Assembly (NCBI GenBank): GCA_013265495.1
Contig: MU058384.1
Location: 3,199,010-3,263,009, forward strand
Direction: 5' to 3'
Source of the DNA: Vicugna vicugna
Lineage: Eukaryota
Length of the DNA stretch: 64,000 nt
The notes below the pieces were generated by a model that saw nothing but the letters and a program-made list of their open reading frames with translations, did no database searches and was not told where the DNA came from. Positions within the stretch are counted from its first letter, which is position 1. Every line of letters starts with the position of its first letter. Below, one piece after another: positions 60,401 to 64,000 of the stretch. The position numbers and the translations under genes were made by a program.

Positions 60401-62639
60401 GACCAATCAGGCATATACTCATGGAATTTCAAAATAATGCACACTGACTTCTTTTGGCCCTGGAAAGAACTCAAATTCCCAAGTGTTAATCAGATAATGA
60501 TTAGAATACTCCGTGGAAAACAAAACAAAAATTTAAAGGCCATCAGATACTTCCATGGGCTCTTTGAGGACAATAGATGTACTAATATTATCTCTGGAAA
60601 TAATTTGAAAAAGACTTCCAAACTTTAGTTCTCTTCAAGTTAAAGAAAGCAACCCAAACAGCAATGAAGCCTAGGTAGCTTCATTATTGTTTTAAGCAAG
60701 TAGTGTTTAAAATAAAAATCAACATTTTTCTGACTGAGTGTAAACTAAAATGAGTAAGTCCTTAATCTAAAGCTCAGTAAACATAATGTCAGCAAAATGT
60801 CTAATATTTTAATTAAAAGCAAATTTATATTAGGAGCACTTTTAAAATGTTACTGTTTTAAGTATAATCCTATATACATACATCAAATTAATGCTATTAA
60901 TAATGCTTTTGAAGTAAATCATTATAGACATATCACAGACCCGTTTCAGATCTTCCCAAAATGCTCTATTCTGCAAATGCAGGAAGTAGAGTGTGCTTAA
61001 TAAGTGCTTTGAAAAGAGTGGATGAATGAAATAATAAGTAAAATGTGATACACTTGAAGAAAAATGTCTTTTCTCCAAAGTTAAATTATAAGTGAACTTT
61101 CTTGGCAACGTCTGGAAGATAAAGGAACATTTATTTTTAAGAAGGTGACAGAAGGAATTGGGGTCCAAATGAGTCTCTGAACTTGAGTTTTCTAAAGACG
61201 AGAAAGAAGGGGTGTGAGCAGAGAGATGGAAATACATCAGAAAGCAAAATCAATACTTTTTCTTCATTGACTTGGCACCTTTAATAATCACCTTCTCACT
61301 GGTGAGTGAGTCACTGGATTCCCATGAAAAGTGCTCTGAGACTACATTCTAGAGACTCAGGGCACTGTTCAAGCCCCCTGCTACCCATGCATTAGTGCCT
61401 ACTTGCTTCCCTCATATCTCTGTCTGCTCTCCTGTAGCTTCACTCCTAGTCTTTCTCTCTGTGTATGACTCTTTCAGAAAGATGCCTTGCCTTGACTGTT
61501 GAGTCCTTGACCTTTGGCTTCATTTTTGAATTTGGTCTCTCCAACTTCCCTTGATTCTGCTATTCAACCTCAGAGTCAGCAGTATCTTAACCCTCAAACC
61601 CAGTTGGAGTCAGCTTGCCCACCAGGGGAACTCAGATCTTTTGTAATCATTGAACTTTTAGGAATCTAGTCATCTGGGATAAGGTTAGTGAAATAGTGCT
61701 TGTTAAGAGCCCTGCTCTCTTCTCATTCAAATGCTCCCCAAAATGCCACTATGGGTTTCCTGACATTACTTAGACACATTCAGGTGATGGCAGCAGTCAT
61801 CATCTGAGGGTTGGTAGGTTAACTATAGTCTAGGACCTTGATACTGCAAAATTCAGTCATATATAACAGGTCCAAGACCTGGTCTCCCAAACTAAGGAAG
61901 CCACTGCCATTGTTGGATATGTCTTTGGTTTATTTTGCTGCTGGCTACTCCACTGTTGCTATGACACCTGACCAAACAGAATGCCCGGTTGTGAATTTTT
62001 TCTCTTTTCTTGGTTGCCTTTGAAATTGCTTGGTAGGGTACTGCCAAAGTAACAGATTTTAGTTTTGTATTCCAAGGGGAAAACTTCTGTTGAATAAAGG
62101 TTTATCTGACTGTAGGTTGATTCCTTTGGGTTAATCACTAGCTCCTAACTGTGATGGGTCTGAAACTTATGTATAATCTCTAACATGATTTATTAACTGT
62201 ATCTTTAGAAAGTCCAGGAATCAGTCTATTTCAGGTACTTGAATGGCACTCAGAGTGTGTCACATTGGAATACTGTCCTGAAGGAGTTCAATGCTAGCTT
62301 CTAGATCCCTGTTGCATCCTAGAGCTTGGCTTTGTAAGGTAGAATTAATCAAACTGAACCTAATCCCTAGCCCAGAAGTAATTTTTTGGTGACAGAGAAT
62401 GAATTAAATAGAATATTAATTCTGACACAGTTGGCACATCATGGAGGACCAGGTTCAGGATCTGAGTCAATCTCTCTGGGTGGCCACATTTCCTTAAAAG
62501 CTGCCAAAGACCAACCTCCTAATGCTTTTAAATGCTTTTGGAAGTTGAACTATACACATGTGGCCACAGTATATGCCAATCAACATGTAGTTTGGACTTT
62601 GCCAGGGGAGGAAGTTCTGCGAGGGGTAATCATTGCTCA

Positions 62640-63000
62640 GGGGAGGAAGGGTACCAATGAAGATATAGTCTTGACCTCAAAGAATTCACCATATCATTGG
62701 GGAGAGTAGGTATAAAACTTATACAACTCTAGAAATCATAAAAATAGTCCAGGAATGTATGATAAATGCCAAATGAGGCACAGAAGAAAAAAAATACCAC
62801 TGGAGTTCTGAAAAAAGAGAGATCAGGTGAGCAAAACCAAGGAAGACTATACAAAATGGATGAGATTTTGACTTGGTTTTGAATAGAGGAATGGGTTTGT
62901 TGGAAGAATGTGGAGGGCTCTGCTAGAAAGAAGAATGATGGAAGGAATGGACTGTTTGGAGGATGGTGAGAAGGTGTGAAGAGAAGGGCAAGGACTAAGG
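62640..63000 (-). mobile_element. L2 fragment
   Basis: ATAGTCTTGACCTCAAAGAATTCACCAT..TTGGGGAGA; TATGATAAATGCCAAATGAG; GGAGTTCTGAAAA..GAGAGATCA. Confidence 0.5.
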
Positions 63001-64000
63001 ATTAAGCCACAGGATTTGCCAATCCTGAAGCAGATCCTGGGGTACCACATGGCAGAAACACCCTAGTTTCTAAGCACTCTGTGAATTAGACTCAATGAAT
63101 CATTTAGTTAAAAAGCTGTTGGTGTGGTTTATTCTGTATCCTTACCGACTGTAAAGGTATGAGTGTCATTTCTCTGCAATGTCTCTGGATAATAAATCCT
63201 GTGCTGCTCCATGTTCCTTGTCTTGTGGTTTAGGAGCAGACTCTCAACTGGGTTGAGCTGCCACCCATGATACAGGAATAGGACCAAACTGAGGTGCCCA
63301 TGTCTAGTCATTTACTCTTCTTCTAGAAAAGATAATGATCTTTGTGCCTTTAAAATGGAGTGGTAGTGGACAGAACTATTCCATAGTCAAGGAGGGGACA
63401 CTGATGTAAGTCATAAGGAGTATAATGAGATAAATATTTAACTAAATCCAGTTACCTTGACTTACATTTCCTCATTGGCTGGCTGCAGGTGTGGGTGAAC
63501 CACCACAGGTATAAAGGGCTAAAGGGAACTTTTGCACCTCTTAGAAGCTTCATACCCTCATGCACTCTCCATGCCATCTTCCTTGATAAGGGAAATCCAC
63601 TCATCAATGTCCTCAGGTCATGATGATGTCACACATGATCTGTCATCATAGAGCCTCTCGTGTGGGCTATAAGATGCTATATAAATAAGATGCTATTTGT
63701 TTCTCTTGGGGTCCAGAGGACTCCTCTGTCACTTTGTCTTTCTGTAGGCTAGACACCCACCTTTAGATGGTTGCTGATTATCCTTCCAGGAAGCCCCGGA
63801 AGTCTTGCTGAGTTGGTTTGTTTTTCAAGTCACTATTAGATCAGTTTCGTCACATTGGCACAGCACCTAAAGACACAGCCAGACACAAGAATGGTAAGTA
63901 ATGGACTAGATCACTAGATTAAGCTGAAGAAGGATATCACATTGCTCCCCAACAGTGGCAGTTCCTCAACACTTCCCAGTGTATCTATCTCAAAGAGTTT

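Noticed and set aside
61350..63850. Possible ancient LTR-like segments (61350-62350 and 63310-63850, the latter with TATAAAGGG)
   Set aside because: No termini, TSD or family could be assigned by eye; needs RepeatMasker/Dfam.
1..64000. Window-wide enrichment of TCF/LEF sites
   Set aside because: Isolated CTTTGAT/ATCAAAG hits (e.g. 23815, 26377, 42409) occur at about the frequency expected by chance in 64 kb of AT-rich DNA. Only sites within clusters are reported.
1..64000. CRISPR arrays, rRNA, operons or other prokaryote-type systems
   Set aside because: The sequence is mammalian; no regularly spaced repeat-spacer array or such genes were seen.

Overview
Mammalian genomic DNA, most likely a camelid (inferred from tRNA-Ala-derived SINEs and L1 3' ends of the camelid type, with no Alu, B1/B2, BovB/Bov-tA or PRE-1 seen). 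The window holds one protein-coding gene, the intronless bHLH transcription factor OLIG3 (7753-8571, +), with a TATA box at 7496 and a poly(A) signal at 9695. The gene lies in a ~14 kb stretch with almost no recognisable transposons and is flanked by several CpG islands. The remaining ~50 kb is gene desert: old and lineage-specific repeats (L1, L2, MIR, MLT/MER LTRs, SINEs) interleaved with unique-sequence blocks dense in TCF/LEF, SOX, Hox/Cdx, TALE and E-box motifs, which are candidate OLIG3 enhancers. I found no new protein-coding system. The best leads are regulatory: a downstream CpG island with TATA/MEF2 and splice-donor architecture, palindromic TCF and Hox/Cdx modules, and a motif-rich 3' UTR. 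There are also a few clean retrotransposition signatures. Repeat family names are from recall of consensus sequences, and most repeat boundaries are approximate.
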